Shown: in pieces, positions 1 to 8,905 of the stretch
Numbering within the stretch: position 1 is the stretch's first letter
Layout of the letters: each line of letters starts with the position of its first letter
The notes under the pieces: generated by a model
What the model saw: only the letters and a program-made list of their open reading frames with translations
What the model was told of the DNA's origin: nothing
Databases searched by the model: none
Translations under genes and position numbers: made by a program
Source of the DNA: Candidatus Omnitrophota bacterium
Lineage (GTDB): Bacteria > Omnitrophota > Gorgyraeia > JAUYCX01
Reading direction: 5' to 3'
Length of the DNA: 64,000 bases
Assembly: GCA_030692045.1 (NCBI GenBank)
Contig: JAUYCX010000049.1
Coordinates: 106,643-170,642, forward strand

Positions 1-18
1 TTTATTGTTTTTCTGCCA

Positions 19-1104
19 GTGATAATTTTGGATAAAACCAAAAGAAAAAAATCGTCAAATTTTTACAATATCCTAATAATTGAATTATGGGGCATCGGAG
101 ATTTGGTAATGATGAGCCCTATTTTAAAATCACTGAAATCGGGTTTTCCACAAGCTAGGATTACTTTACTTTCAAAGAATTTCGGAAAAGATTTATTAGG
201 TAATTGCGAATATGTCGACAAGTTTGTTGAATTTGATTTCCCCTGGACTCGTTTCAAAGGAAAATATAGATTATGGGATTGGGATTGGAAATCTCTAATT
301 AGAATAATTAAAAAACTAAAAAAAGAAAAATTTGATTTGGTGTTGGATGCGCGCGGAGATATCAGGAATAATTTATTATCTTTTTTAGTCGGAACAGAGA
401 AAAGAGTCGGCTATGGTTGGAGAGGCGCAGGTTATTTTTTAACAGATATAGGAAGTCCTGATTTTAAGCTTCAGCACAGATCAAAGGCATGGATTAATTT
501 GTTATTTCATTTAGGCATAAAAGAAATTAGCGATAAGCCGTTTATATCCATTGAAAGAAAGGCAGCCGATGGTGCAACAGACTTCCTAAGAAATCAGGGT
601 ATAAGAGATGGCGAGCTCGTAATAGGCATTCATCCCGGAGCAGGAGTAAAAACAAGATGCTGGCCTCTTGATAGATTTGCAAAGGTTGCAGAGTATATCA
701 GAGACAATTACCATGCAAAGATACTTGTTTTTGTTGAGCCAGGGGGTTACGCAAATGATATCCCTGTAAAAGGAGAAATTCTGAAGGTTAAGCTGGTTTT
801 AAGGGAATTGATAACTTTGATCAGTAAATTAGACCTGTTAATTTGTAATGATTCCGGGGTTATGCATATTGCAAGCGCTGTCGATACTCAAACTATAGCA
901 ATATTTGGCCCCGGAGATATAACTAAGATAGGGCCTATTGGAGACAAGTGCAAAGTAGTTATGAAGCAAAATGTTTCTTGCCGCCCTTGTTTTGATAATT
1001 GTAAATTTGATAGGCCTTTTTGTTTAGATGCGATAAAAGTCGTGGAAGTTATTGAGGCAGTCGATAGTGTTGTAGGAAAAGATAACGTGAGATTATCTGT
1101 TTAA
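19..1104 (+). CDS. Glycosyltransferase family 9 (LPS heptosyltransferase-like)
   Basis: 361-aa ORF. The N-terminal block IIELWGIGDLVMMSPILKSLK and the C-terminal block LICNDSGVMHIASAV..IAIFGP match the two signature regions of RfaF/RfaC-type GT9 enzymes. GTG start at 19; the frame stays open back to position 1, so the true start may lie upstream of the window. Confidence 0.8.
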   Translation: MIILDKTKRKKSSNFYNILIIELWGIGDLVMMSPILKSLKSGFPQARITLLSKNFGKDLLGNCEYVDKFVEFDFPWTRFKGKYRLWDWDWKSLIRIIKKLKKEKFDLVLDARGDIRNNLLSFLVGTEKRVGYGWRGAGYFLTDIGSPDFKLQHRSKAWINLLFHLGIKEISDKPFISIERKAADGATDFLRNQGIRDGELVIGIHPGAGVKTRCWPLDRFAKVAEYIRDNYHAKILVFVEPGGYANDIPVKGEILKVKLVLRELITLISKLDLLICNDSGVMHIASAVDTQTIAIFGPGDITKIGPIGDKCKVVMKQNVSCRPCFDNCKFDRPFCLDAIKVVEVIEAVDSVVGKDNVRLSV

Positions 1105-1139
1105 TTAGTTGGCTGTAGGCCGTTAAAAGGATTTTAAAA

Positions 1140-2678
1140 TTGAAAGTAGTTCTTATAAGCACAGATGAAAGTCCGGTAGCCATGGGTGTTAAGGCCCTGT
1201 CGTCAAACTTGATTAAGCATGGCTTTAAGACTGCAATAGTGATTATGTCCAGTTGGAGAAAGGACTTTGGAAATTTTTGTTGGGAAAACTTGGAGGAAGT
1301 CTGTAAAGATGTTAAATTAATAGGAATTTCTTGCATGACCCACGGAGTCTTAAAAGCCATTGAGGTAAAAAATAGGCTTCAAAGAAAAACAAAAGCCCAT
1401 TTTATAATCGGAGGGATTCACGCCACCTTGTCTGCGGAGAGCCTTTTGGATAATTTTGAATTAATTTGTTTAGGGGAGGGCGAAGACGTAGTGGTTGAAT
1501 TAGCCAAGCGCCTTAGCAGCAACGAACCTTTTTATGATATTCCCGGGTTGTGGGCGAAATTTGATGGGAAAATCTTTAAAAATCAATGCCAGCCATTAAG
1601 TAAAGATTTAAACGATTATCCTTTTCCTGACTATGATTTAAGCCATCAATTTATTTTGGAATCAGATAGGCTTGTGCCGATGGAGGGCTCGCATATTATT
1701 TGTGATTATTTTGAAGTTATGGGTGCTCGAGGGTGCCCCCATAACTGTGCATTTTGCTCAAACTATAAGATTAAACAGGATTTTCCGTGGAGAAAGATTG
1801 TAAGGCAATATTCCATTGATTATTTTATCAACCATTTAAAAGAAATTTGCAGGGTTTATCCGCAGGTGAGGAGTTTTTGGCTGGAAGACGATACTTTTTT
1901 TGCCAAGGAATATAATCATATTCAAGAATTTGCTCAGAGATATAAGAAAGAAATTAATAAACCTTTCTGTATTCTTATTTCTCCCTGGACGTATGATGAA
2001 GAAAAGGTAAAGCTTCTCATTGAAGCAGGCATGGATAGGATAATTTTTGGCATACAAAGCGGTAGTGAAAATACAAATTACAATATTTATAGTCGAAGAA
2101 TATCCAATAAAAAGATTTTAGAAATAACCCATTCACTTAATAAATTTAAAGGCATGCTGCCTTATTATGATTTTATCGGAATGAATCCTTTTGAAACAAG
2201 AGATGATTTAATAAGCACTATCCAGCTTGTCAAGAAGTTTCCCGCGCCGTTTTTCATATTCAGTAATAATTTAGCTTTTTATCCCGGCACTAAAATTCGC
2301 GAACTCGCTGTGAAAGCGGATTTAGATATGAGTAGGAGAGATAGGCATACAGACGCAAAACACGGTTATTCAATCTTAAAAAATGAAAAAATTGAGCATA
2401 AACTTTTCCATCTTTTATTTTTAATGATGGGAGGTAAGGCCAATAACTTTAAAATTGGGCTTATACCCAGATTTCTTATTTCTGACTATGCAATTAAATT
2501 TTATTGCTTTCTTGATGAAAAGTTAAGTTGTTTAGTGAATAAAATTATTTCATTATTTAGTACAGCTTTAATGTATACTGATTGGAAAGCGTTTTTAAGA
2601 AAACATCTTAGACGTAAGCAGATCGCTATGCTTAAGTCAATTTATTATAAAGTTTTTTTGGAAAGGGTTGATAAATGA
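1140..2678 (+). CDS. B12-binding-domain radical SAM protein (paralogue 1)
   Basis: 512-aa ORF with a TTG start. N-terminal cobalamin-binding-type Rossmann region (IIGGIHATL, CLGEGEDVVVEL), LNDYPFPDYDL linker, and 4Fe-4S motif GARGCPHNCAFCSN (CxxxCxxC). Confidence 0.85.
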   Translation: MKVVLISTDESPVAMGVKALSSNLIKHGFKTAIVIMSSWRKDFGNFCWENLEEVCKDVKLIGISCMTHGVLKAIEVKNRLQRKTKAHFIIGGIHATLSAESLLDNFELICLGEGEDVVVELAKRLSSNEPFYDIPGLWAKFDGKIFKNQCQPLSKDLNDYPFPDYDLSHQFILESDRLVPMEGSHIICDYFEVMGARGCPHNCAFCSNYKIKQDFPWRKIVRQYSIDYFINHLKEICRVYPQVRSFWLEDDTFFAKEYNHIQEFAQRYKKEINKPFCILISPWTYDEEKVKLLIEAGMDRIIFGIQSGSENTNYNIYSRRISNKKILEITHSLNKFKGMLPYYDFIGMNPFETRDDLISTIQLVKKFPAPFFIFSNNLAFYPGTKIRELAVKADLDMSRRDRHTDAKHGYSILKNEKIEHKLFHLLFLMMGGKANNFKIGLIPRFLISDYAIKFYCFLDEKLSCLVNKIISLFSTALMYTDWKAFLRKHLRRKQIAMLKSIYYKVFLERVDK

Positions 2679-4189
2679 AAGTTTTATTTTTCCACAGAAA
2701 TGCTGAATGGATCGGGATAGAATATCTTTCCAGCATTCTAAAGAAAGCTGGCCATGAAACTGAATTAATATTTGATCCCGGCGCCGGAGATGTGGAGTAT
2801 AAATTCAGATTTATTGAGAAAATTTTTGACGTCACAGAAAAGATGATTAAAATGGCCAAGGCATACAAGCCGGACCTGATTGCCTTTTCATGTTTAACTA
2901 ATTTATATCCATGGGTAAATAAAATGTCCCGCTTGATAAAAGAGGTTATGGATGTGCCTATTATCGTAGGGGGGCTTCATCCCACGCTCCTTCCCGAATA
3001 CGTGATAAAAAACCCTTACATTGATATGATATGCATTGGCGAAGGAGAAGAGGCGCTTTTGGAATTGGTGGAAAGCATGCAGAGCGGTTGTATAAATTAT
3101 TCCACAAAAAATATCTGGTTCAAAAGGAATGGAGAGGTTATAAGAAATCCCGTAAGGCCGCTTATCCAAAATTTAGATTCTTTGCCTTTCCCGGATAAAT
3201 CTCTTTTCAGGAAATACGGTTGTTTTTCTGAAAGGATTTATGTTATGACTACACGGGGTTGCCCCTATCAATGCTCATATTGTTACAATTCTTATTACAA
3301 AAAATTATTAAATTTCCCCGGTTTTTCGTATTTGCGACGTCGCAGCGTTAGAAATGTTATAGATGAACTCAAATTTTTTAAATCTCAATATCCTATTAGG
3401 GAAGTATTTTTTTGCGATGATATATTTACCATAGACGATAAGTGGATTAAAAATTTTTGTATTATTTATAAAAAAGAAATAAATCTACCTTTTAAAGCCT
3501 TTGTTCATCCAAAAACCGTTAAAAGAGAGATTATGAAACTTTTAAAAGATGCAGGGTGTATTTATGTAGATATCGGCATAGAATCCGGCAGCGAGGAAGT
3601 AAGAAGAAAGATATTAAAAAGGCATATGAGCAATCAGGATATTATCAATGCCGCCAAAATATTAAAAGAAGTTGGGATTAAATTTTGCACTCTAAACATG
3701 GTAGGGCTTCCTACCGAGACAGCACAACAGATGCGAGAGACTTATGAGTTGAATAAGATTATAAAACCAGACGGTGCCATTGTTTCAATTTTTTATCCGT
3801 ATCCCAAGACAGAACTTGCGGATTTTTGTTTAGAAAACAAACTAATTGCCCCAGAAGAATATGAAAAAATTTGCAATGGAGAAGGCGGCGGGTATAAGGA
3901 CAGTTGCATTATTATCAAAAATACAGATTTAAAAGAAGCTAAAAGACAGCTAATTTTAATTCCTTTTTTGACCAGAACACCTGCTTTTCTTCATCCCATA
4001 ATTAAAGCTTTGCCAATTAATAATTTTACGAGAATTCTTTCAATACCTTTTCTTTCTATACCGAGAAATAATTATATCCGCACAAAAGAATCTTTGACTA
4101 TGTTTATGAAATCCAATTTTTTGTATTTTTTTAGCAAAAAATTTCCTTTTAACATTTCTGATAAGGAACAATCTTGCGCCACAAAATAA
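2675..4189 (+). CDS. B12-binding-domain radical SAM protein (paralogue 2)
   Basis: 504 aa; the ATG overlaps the upstream stop (ATGA). Blocks IVGGLHPTL and CIGEGEEALLEL, linker LDSLPFPDKSLF, cluster motif TTRGCPYQCSYCYN. Confidence 0.88.
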   Translation: MKVLFFHRNAEWIGIEYLSSILKKAGHETELIFDPGAGDVEYKFRFIEKIFDVTEKMIKMAKAYKPDLIAFSCLTNLYPWVNKMSRLIKEVMDVPIIVGGLHPTLLPEYVIKNPYIDMICIGEGEEALLELVESMQSGCINYSTKNIWFKRNGEVIRNPVRPLIQNLDSLPFPDKSLFRKYGCFSERIYVMTTRGCPYQCSYCYNSYYKKLLNFPGFSYLRRRSVRNVIDELKFFKSQYPIREVFFCDDIFTIDDKWIKNFCIIYKKEINLPFKAFVHPKTVKREIMKLLKDAGCIYVDIGIESGSEEVRRKILKRHMSNQDIINAAKILKEVGIKFCTLNMVGLPTETAQQMRETYELNKIIKPDGAIVSIFYPYPKTELADFCLENKLIAPEEYEKICNGEGGGYKDSCIIIKNTDLKEAKRQLILIPFLTRTPAFLHPIIKALPINNFTRILSIPFLSIPRNNYIRTKESLTMFMKSNFLYFFSKKFPFNISDKEQSCATK

Positions 4190-4207
4190 AGAGGAAGAAG
4201 TATACCT

Positions 4208-4969
4208 ATGAAATTATCTATTATTATGCCGGTTTATAATGAGATTGAAAGTATCGAGCATATACTAAGAAGAGTTTCGGAAGTAAAGTATGACAAGGAA
4301 ATTATAATAGTTGATGATGGCTCTAAGGATGGAACGCGCGAGTTCTTAAAAAATAACAAAGCTGATTTTGATGGCGTAAAGGTTTTCTACCACGATGTAA
4401 ATTCAGGCAAGACTGCGGCTATCCGCACAGCGCTTAAGTATATTACAGGCGATATTGTTATTATCCAAGACGCAGATTTAGAATATAATCCAACTGACTA
4501 TAAGCAATTAATTGAACCCATAATTTCTGGTGAATTTGAGGTTGTTTACGGCTCAAGATTTTTAAATTTAGATAAACGTTTTGTTATTTGGCATTGGTTC
4601 CTTAATAAATTTTTAGGCAGGCATTATGAAGTTATTTATTTATCGCATTTCTTTGGGATACTGTTTTTAAATCTGTTAGCGTTTTTGCTTTATGGCGTGA
4701 AGATAACAGACATTGCCACCGGCTACAAGGTGTTTAAATCCGAGATAATAAAGGAAATATGGCTTGATACTAACCGTTTTGAATTTTGTTATGAAATAAC
4801 CGCAAAAATAGCCAAAAGAAATATTAGGATAAAAGAGGTGCCCATAAAATACCATCCCCGTTCAATTCTTAAGGGAAAGAAGATTACATGGAAAGATGGT
4901 ATCAGGGCTGCGCTGACACTTATAAAATATAAATTTAAAAACATTAAAAATGAAAGCCATACTTATTAA
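4208..4969 (+). CDS. GT2 glycosyltransferase, DPM1/GtrB/ArnC-like (probable polyprenyl-phosphate sugar synthase)
   Basis: 253 aa. The series LSIIMPVYNE .. IIIVDDGSKDGT .. IIQDADLEYNP .. YGSRF is the GT-A fold series typical of the DPM1-like clade. A hydrophobic stretch sits mid-protein and an SD-like GAGGAAG lies upstream. Confidence 0.75.
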   Translation: MKLSIIMPVYNEIESIEHILRRVSEVKYDKEIIIVDDGSKDGTREFLKNNKADFDGVKVFYHDVNSGKTAAIRTALKYITGDIVIIQDADLEYNPTDYKQLIEPIISGEFEVVYGSRFLNLDKRFVIWHWFLNKFLGRHYEVIYLSHFFGILFLNLLAFLLYGVKITDIATGYKVFKSEIIKEIWLDTNRFEFCYEITAKIAKRNIRIKEVPIKYHPRSILKGKKITWKDGIRAALTLIKYKFKNIKNESHTY

Positions 4970-6377
4970 TCCGTATCCCTATTATGCAAGAGGAGTGGAG
5001 GGGATTGTTTATCCTCCCTTAGGGCTTATCTATTTAGCTTCAGTTGCTAAGAATCGTAATTTAGGCGATATGAGAGTATTAGATGCCAATATTATGAAAT
5101 TGGAGAATAAAGGAGTGATTGCCCAGATATTGGATTACAACCCAGATATAATCGGTATTTCCAGTAATATCGTAACACACAGATCTGCATTAGAATTGGC
5201 AAAATTAATAAGGCTAAATGGAATGAAACAACTTTTATTAGTAGGCGGTCCGTACCCAGTTTTATTTCCAGACAAGTATTTAGAATATTGCGATATCATA
5301 GTAAACGGAGAAGGCGAAGAAACCTTTTGCGATATCCTCGAAGCGTGCAGATATAAAAAGGAGATTTTTTCGCTCAAGGGTATATTATATAAGAAGGACA
5401 ATTCTATTTTCCACAATAAAAATAGAGAATTCATGGATAATCTCGACGATATTCCGTTTCCAGACTACACATTACTTAAGCCCTCAATTGACTATTACAG
5501 CAAACGCGCAAGGATTATTAAGAATATAATGGCGCCGGTAATGACTTCAAGAGGCTGCCCTTACCAGTGCACCTACTGTAATAAAAGCGTATTTGGCTCG
5601 ACATTTAGATGCCGCACTCCAGAAAACATTTTAATGGAGATAGAATGGTTGCATAAAAATTTTAAGGTTGATCAGATTGATATATTAGACGATAATTTTA
5701 ATCTTATTCCAGAAAGAGCAGAAAAGCTTTTGGATAAGATAATCGATACGGATTTAAATATAGCCATAAGCTGCCATAATGGATTGCGCGCTGATAAAAT
5801 TTCAGATAGCTTTGCAGAAAAACTCAAGAAAAGCGGTGTATTCAAAGTAGGCTTAGGTATAGAAACTGCGGATTTTAAATTGATGCAGACCATAAAGAAA
5901 AATTTAGATTTGAATAAAGTTAAAGATGCGATAACCGCATTGCGAAAACAACGGATTACCGTACACGGGTATTTTATTTTTGGCTTGCCAGGTGATACAC
6001 CTTCCAGTATGAAGCGTACTATAGAATTTGCCAAAGATGTTAATCCTCATTTCTGTAACTTTGCTACTTGTATTCCGTTTCCAGGGACAGAGGTGTACAA
6101 TATCGTAAGAAAAGAAGGGACTTTCTTGGAAGATGTGGATAATGGCGTTTCTTCAGGATTCTTCGATGGGAAGGTTTTTTTTGAGATAAATGGGACAAAA
6201 GCTAAAGATGTATCTTACTATTGCAAAAAGGCTTATAAGGATTTTTATTTTAATGCCGAGAAAATCTTAGATATTGCTTTTACAATTAAGAATTTTAGAG
6301 AACTAAAATGGGTGCTTTCAACATCTTTGTCACTGGTAAAAAATATGCTGTTTAGCTTAGGCAAAAAGCAGTCATGA
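4950..6377 (+). CDS. B12-binding-domain radical SAM protein (paralogue 3)
   Basis: 475 aa with an MKAILINPYP start. Blocks LVGGPYPVL and VNGEGEETFCDI, linker LDDIPFPDYTLL, cluster motif TSRGCPYQCTYCNK. Overlaps the upstream GT2 by 20 nt. Confidence 0.88.
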   Translation: MKAILINPYPYYARGVEGIVYPPLGLIYLASVAKNRNLGDMRVLDANIMKLENKGVIAQILDYNPDIIGISSNIVTHRSALELAKLIRLNGMKQLLLVGGPYPVLFPDKYLEYCDIIVNGEGEETFCDILEACRYKKEIFSLKGILYKKDNSIFHNKNREFMDNLDDIPFPDYTLLKPSIDYYSKRARIIKNIMAPVMTSRGCPYQCTYCNKSVFGSTFRCRTPENILMEIEWLHKNFKVDQIDILDDNFNLIPERAEKLLDKIIDTDLNIAISCHNGLRADKISDSFAEKLKKSGVFKVGLGIETADFKLMQTIKKNLDLNKVKDAITALRKQRITVHGYFIFGLPGDTPSSMKRTIEFAKDVNPHFCNFATCIPFPGTEVYNIVRKEGTFLEDVDNGVSSGFFDGKVFFEINGTKAKDVSYYCKKAYKDFYFNAEKILDIAFTIKNFRELKWVLSTSLSLVKNMLFSLGKKQS

Positions 6378-7825
6378 AGATTAAAAAAGCTTTTCTAATT
6401 TATCCTCCTACAGGTCTATATATGAGAGATGATAGGTGCCAGGCGCCTGTAAAAGGGATGGCAGCTCAACCCATTCGCACTCCCTTAGATTTGGCATATA
6501 TCGCATCTACTTTGGAGAATGTTGGTGTAGAGTGTAAAATAAAAGACTATCCATCTGAGAAGCAAGGTTGGCCAAACTTCGAAGAAGATTTAAAAAAGTT
6601 TAAACCAGATGTCCTTGTAATAAGCGTAACTACTCCAACTCTTGTCGCTGATTTAACTGCTGCTAGCTTAGCTAAAAGATTTAAAAATGATATCCTGGTT
6701 ATATCTAAAGGTGCGCATTATCTCGTAGAGGATGAAGAGGTGCTTAAAAAGTTTCAGGATTTGGATATCATAATTAGAGGAGAATCTGAATTTACTGTTG
6801 CCGAAATCGTCTCCTCAGACAATCTTGAGAATGTTCTAGGAATTACTTTTAGAAAAAATGGGCTTATTAAAAGAACCCCTAATAGGCCTTTGCTGGAGAA
6901 TTTGGACAGTTTACCTTTTCCTGCCCGGCACCTTTTGAATAATGAATTATACTTAACTCCCGATACAAAAGAGCCGATAACTCTCATTTATACCGGACGG
7001 GGATGTTTTCACCAGTGTGTTTTTTGCGCAGTTCCTTTTGTAGCGGGTCACAAAGTAAAACTTCGCTCACCCCAGATTATAGTTTCAGAGATTGAAGAAT
7101 GTATCAAGAAGTATAATATTAGAAACTTTTTCTTCAGAGCAGATACATTTACTTGGGATGAAAAGTGGGTTATTGAGATATGTAAGCTAATTATTGATAA
7201 GGATATACAGATACGTTGGGGAACTAACAGCAGGGTTGATACTATAAATGAGAACAGACTGCATTGGATGAAAAAGGCAGGATGTTGGGTTATCGGATTT
7301 GGGGTTGAAAGCGGTAATCAGGAATCTTTAGACCTGATGAAAAAGAAAACCAAGGTTAAAGATGCTTTCAGGGCAATATCGCTTTGCAAGAGATATGGAA
7401 TAAAAACATACGCTTTATTTGTTATAGGATTTCCTTGGGAGAAACGCTCAGATATAAAAGATACAATTAGGTTGACTAAAGCATTAAATCCCTCTTTTAT
7501 TGATATAAATATTGCCTATCCTTTACCCGGTACAGAATTATTCAGATTAGCAAAAAAAGAGAATCTCTTTAACGAGAAAGATCTCCATGGCTATGATTAC
7601 GCCAAGCCGCTTATAAGAACCAAATATTTAACTACAAAGGAACTGATAAATCTGAGACGCTGGGCATTATTAAGTTTTTATTTAAGGCCAAGCTATATCG
7701 CAAGGACACTTTTATCTATAAGGTCGCCTAAAATTTTGTTTAGTTATATAACATCAGGTATACAGCTTATTTACAAAACTTTCAGCAGCGAATTACACGT
7801 TGAGGAATTCAGAGAGGAGATGTGA
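6374..7825 (+). CDS. B12-binding-domain radical SAM protein (paralogue 4)
   Basis: 483 aa with an ATGA overlap. Blocks ISKGAHYLV and IRGESEFTVAEI, linker LDSLPFPARHLL, cluster motif TGRGCFHQCVFCAV. Confidence 0.85.
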   Translation: MKIKKAFLIYPPTGLYMRDDRCQAPVKGMAAQPIRTPLDLAYIASTLENVGVECKIKDYPSEKQGWPNFEEDLKKFKPDVLVISVTTPTLVADLTAASLAKRFKNDILVISKGAHYLVEDEEVLKKFQDLDIIIRGESEFTVAEIVSSDNLENVLGITFRKNGLIKRTPNRPLLENLDSLPFPARHLLNNELYLTPDTKEPITLIYTGRGCFHQCVFCAVPFVAGHKVKLRSPQIIVSEIEECIKKYNIRNFFFRADTFTWDEKWVIEICKLIIDKDIQIRWGTNSRVDTINENRLHWMKKAGCWVIGFGVESGNQESLDLMKKKTKVKDAFRAISLCKRYGIKTYALFVIGFPWEKRSDIKDTIRLTKALNPSFIDINIAYPLPGTELFRLAKKENLFNEKDLHGYDYAKPLIRTKYLTTKELINLRRWALLSFYLRPSYIARTLLSIRSPKILFSYITSGIQLIYKTFSSELHVEEFREEM

Positions 7826-7835
7826 GCCGCTAAAT

Positions 7836-8891
7836 ATGGAAAAAGATAAAAACAGAGCATTATTAAAAAATTCTAACAAAAAGAGAAATATAGTCGAAGC
7901 ATTAGTTATTTTCTTTTTATTTTTAAGCGCGGCTTTTTCAATTTCCTATTGGGCAATTGCTAAATACGATGTTTATAGTGACTATACTGCTTGCGGTGAT
8001 GCCCAACAATACATAAAAATGAGTAGGCATGATTATTCTAACGTACAGCAAAGATACAGAAATAGGCCATTAATGCCATTTATAGTTTCTTTGCTTAATG
8101 ACCATTTGAAAATTGATAACTTTTTAAATAAATATTATGAAAATGTAGAAAATAAGATTATCCAGTTAAATTTTGGTATTGTGAATATATTAGCCATTGC
8201 ACTAACGGCATTGTTGTTTTTTTATTACTGCATTTATTTAAATTTCTCTAAATGGGAAAGTTTAGTTGGTTCATTTCTCTTTTTAACTTCTTTTTTTGTG
8301 GTGACATATTTTACAATTCCTATGGTTGACTCCTTATCTGCATTTTTCATAATGGCTGGATTTTATGCGGTTTTGCGTAGTTCATTATTAGGTTTATCCT
8401 TATCATTTTTATTGGGCGTGTTTACGAAAGAGACAACCTTTGTTATTTTGCCTTTGATATTATTAGAGGAAAGAAGATTGTTTACAAAAAAACTTTTAGT
8501 CTGCTTACCGGGCATTATTTCTTATATTATTTTTGTTATCTTCTTTCAGGACAAAGCCGATGCTACTTTTTATATCTTCAAAGATGTTGTTAAAATATTA
8601 AAAGGGAATTTTATTCAAGTAAGTATGCGTGAATTTAGTTTCTACACCCTAATAGAAAATATACAGATATTTATGTTTCTTTGGATTTTATTTATATATG
8701 CGCTATTTAAGTGTAAGAAACCGGTTTTCTTAAAACGGGTAGTTTGGTTGCTTATTATTCCTGTTTTCACACCATTACTGCCAGGTGCAGTAGTGGGTAG
8801 AGCGGTTTTTTACCTTTTTCCGATTGTTATCCCATTTGCCTTATTGGCACTTAGAGATATTTTAGTCTCAAAAGTAAAAGAAAATTATTAA
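7836..8891 (+). CDS. Polytopic integral membrane protein (possible GT-C-type transferase or polymerase)
   Basis: About 350 aa with roughly 9-10 hydrophobic helices by eye. An acidic GDAQQY segment follows the first helix. I prefer the ATG at 7836 to the TTG at 7800, which overlaps the upstream gene. No soluble catalytic motif was recognised. Confidence 0.4.
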   Translation: MEKDKNRALLKNSNKKRNIVEALVIFFLFLSAAFSISYWAIAKYDVYSDYTACGDAQQYIKMSRHDYSNVQQRYRNRPLMPFIVSLLNDHLKIDNFLNKYYENVENKIIQLNFGIVNILAIALTALLFFYYCIYLNFSKWESLVGSFLFLTSFFVVTYFTIPMVDSLSAFFIMAGFYAVLRSSLLGLSLSFLLGVFTKETTFVILPLILLEERRLFTKKLLVCLPGIISYIIFVIFFQDKADATFYIFKDVVKILKGNFIQVSMREFSFYTLIENIQIFMFLWILFIYALFKCKKPVFLKRVVWLLIIPVFTPLLPGAVVGRAVFYLFPIVIPFALLALRDILVSKVKENY

Positions 8892-8905
8892 TTTCGCCTT
8901 CAAAA

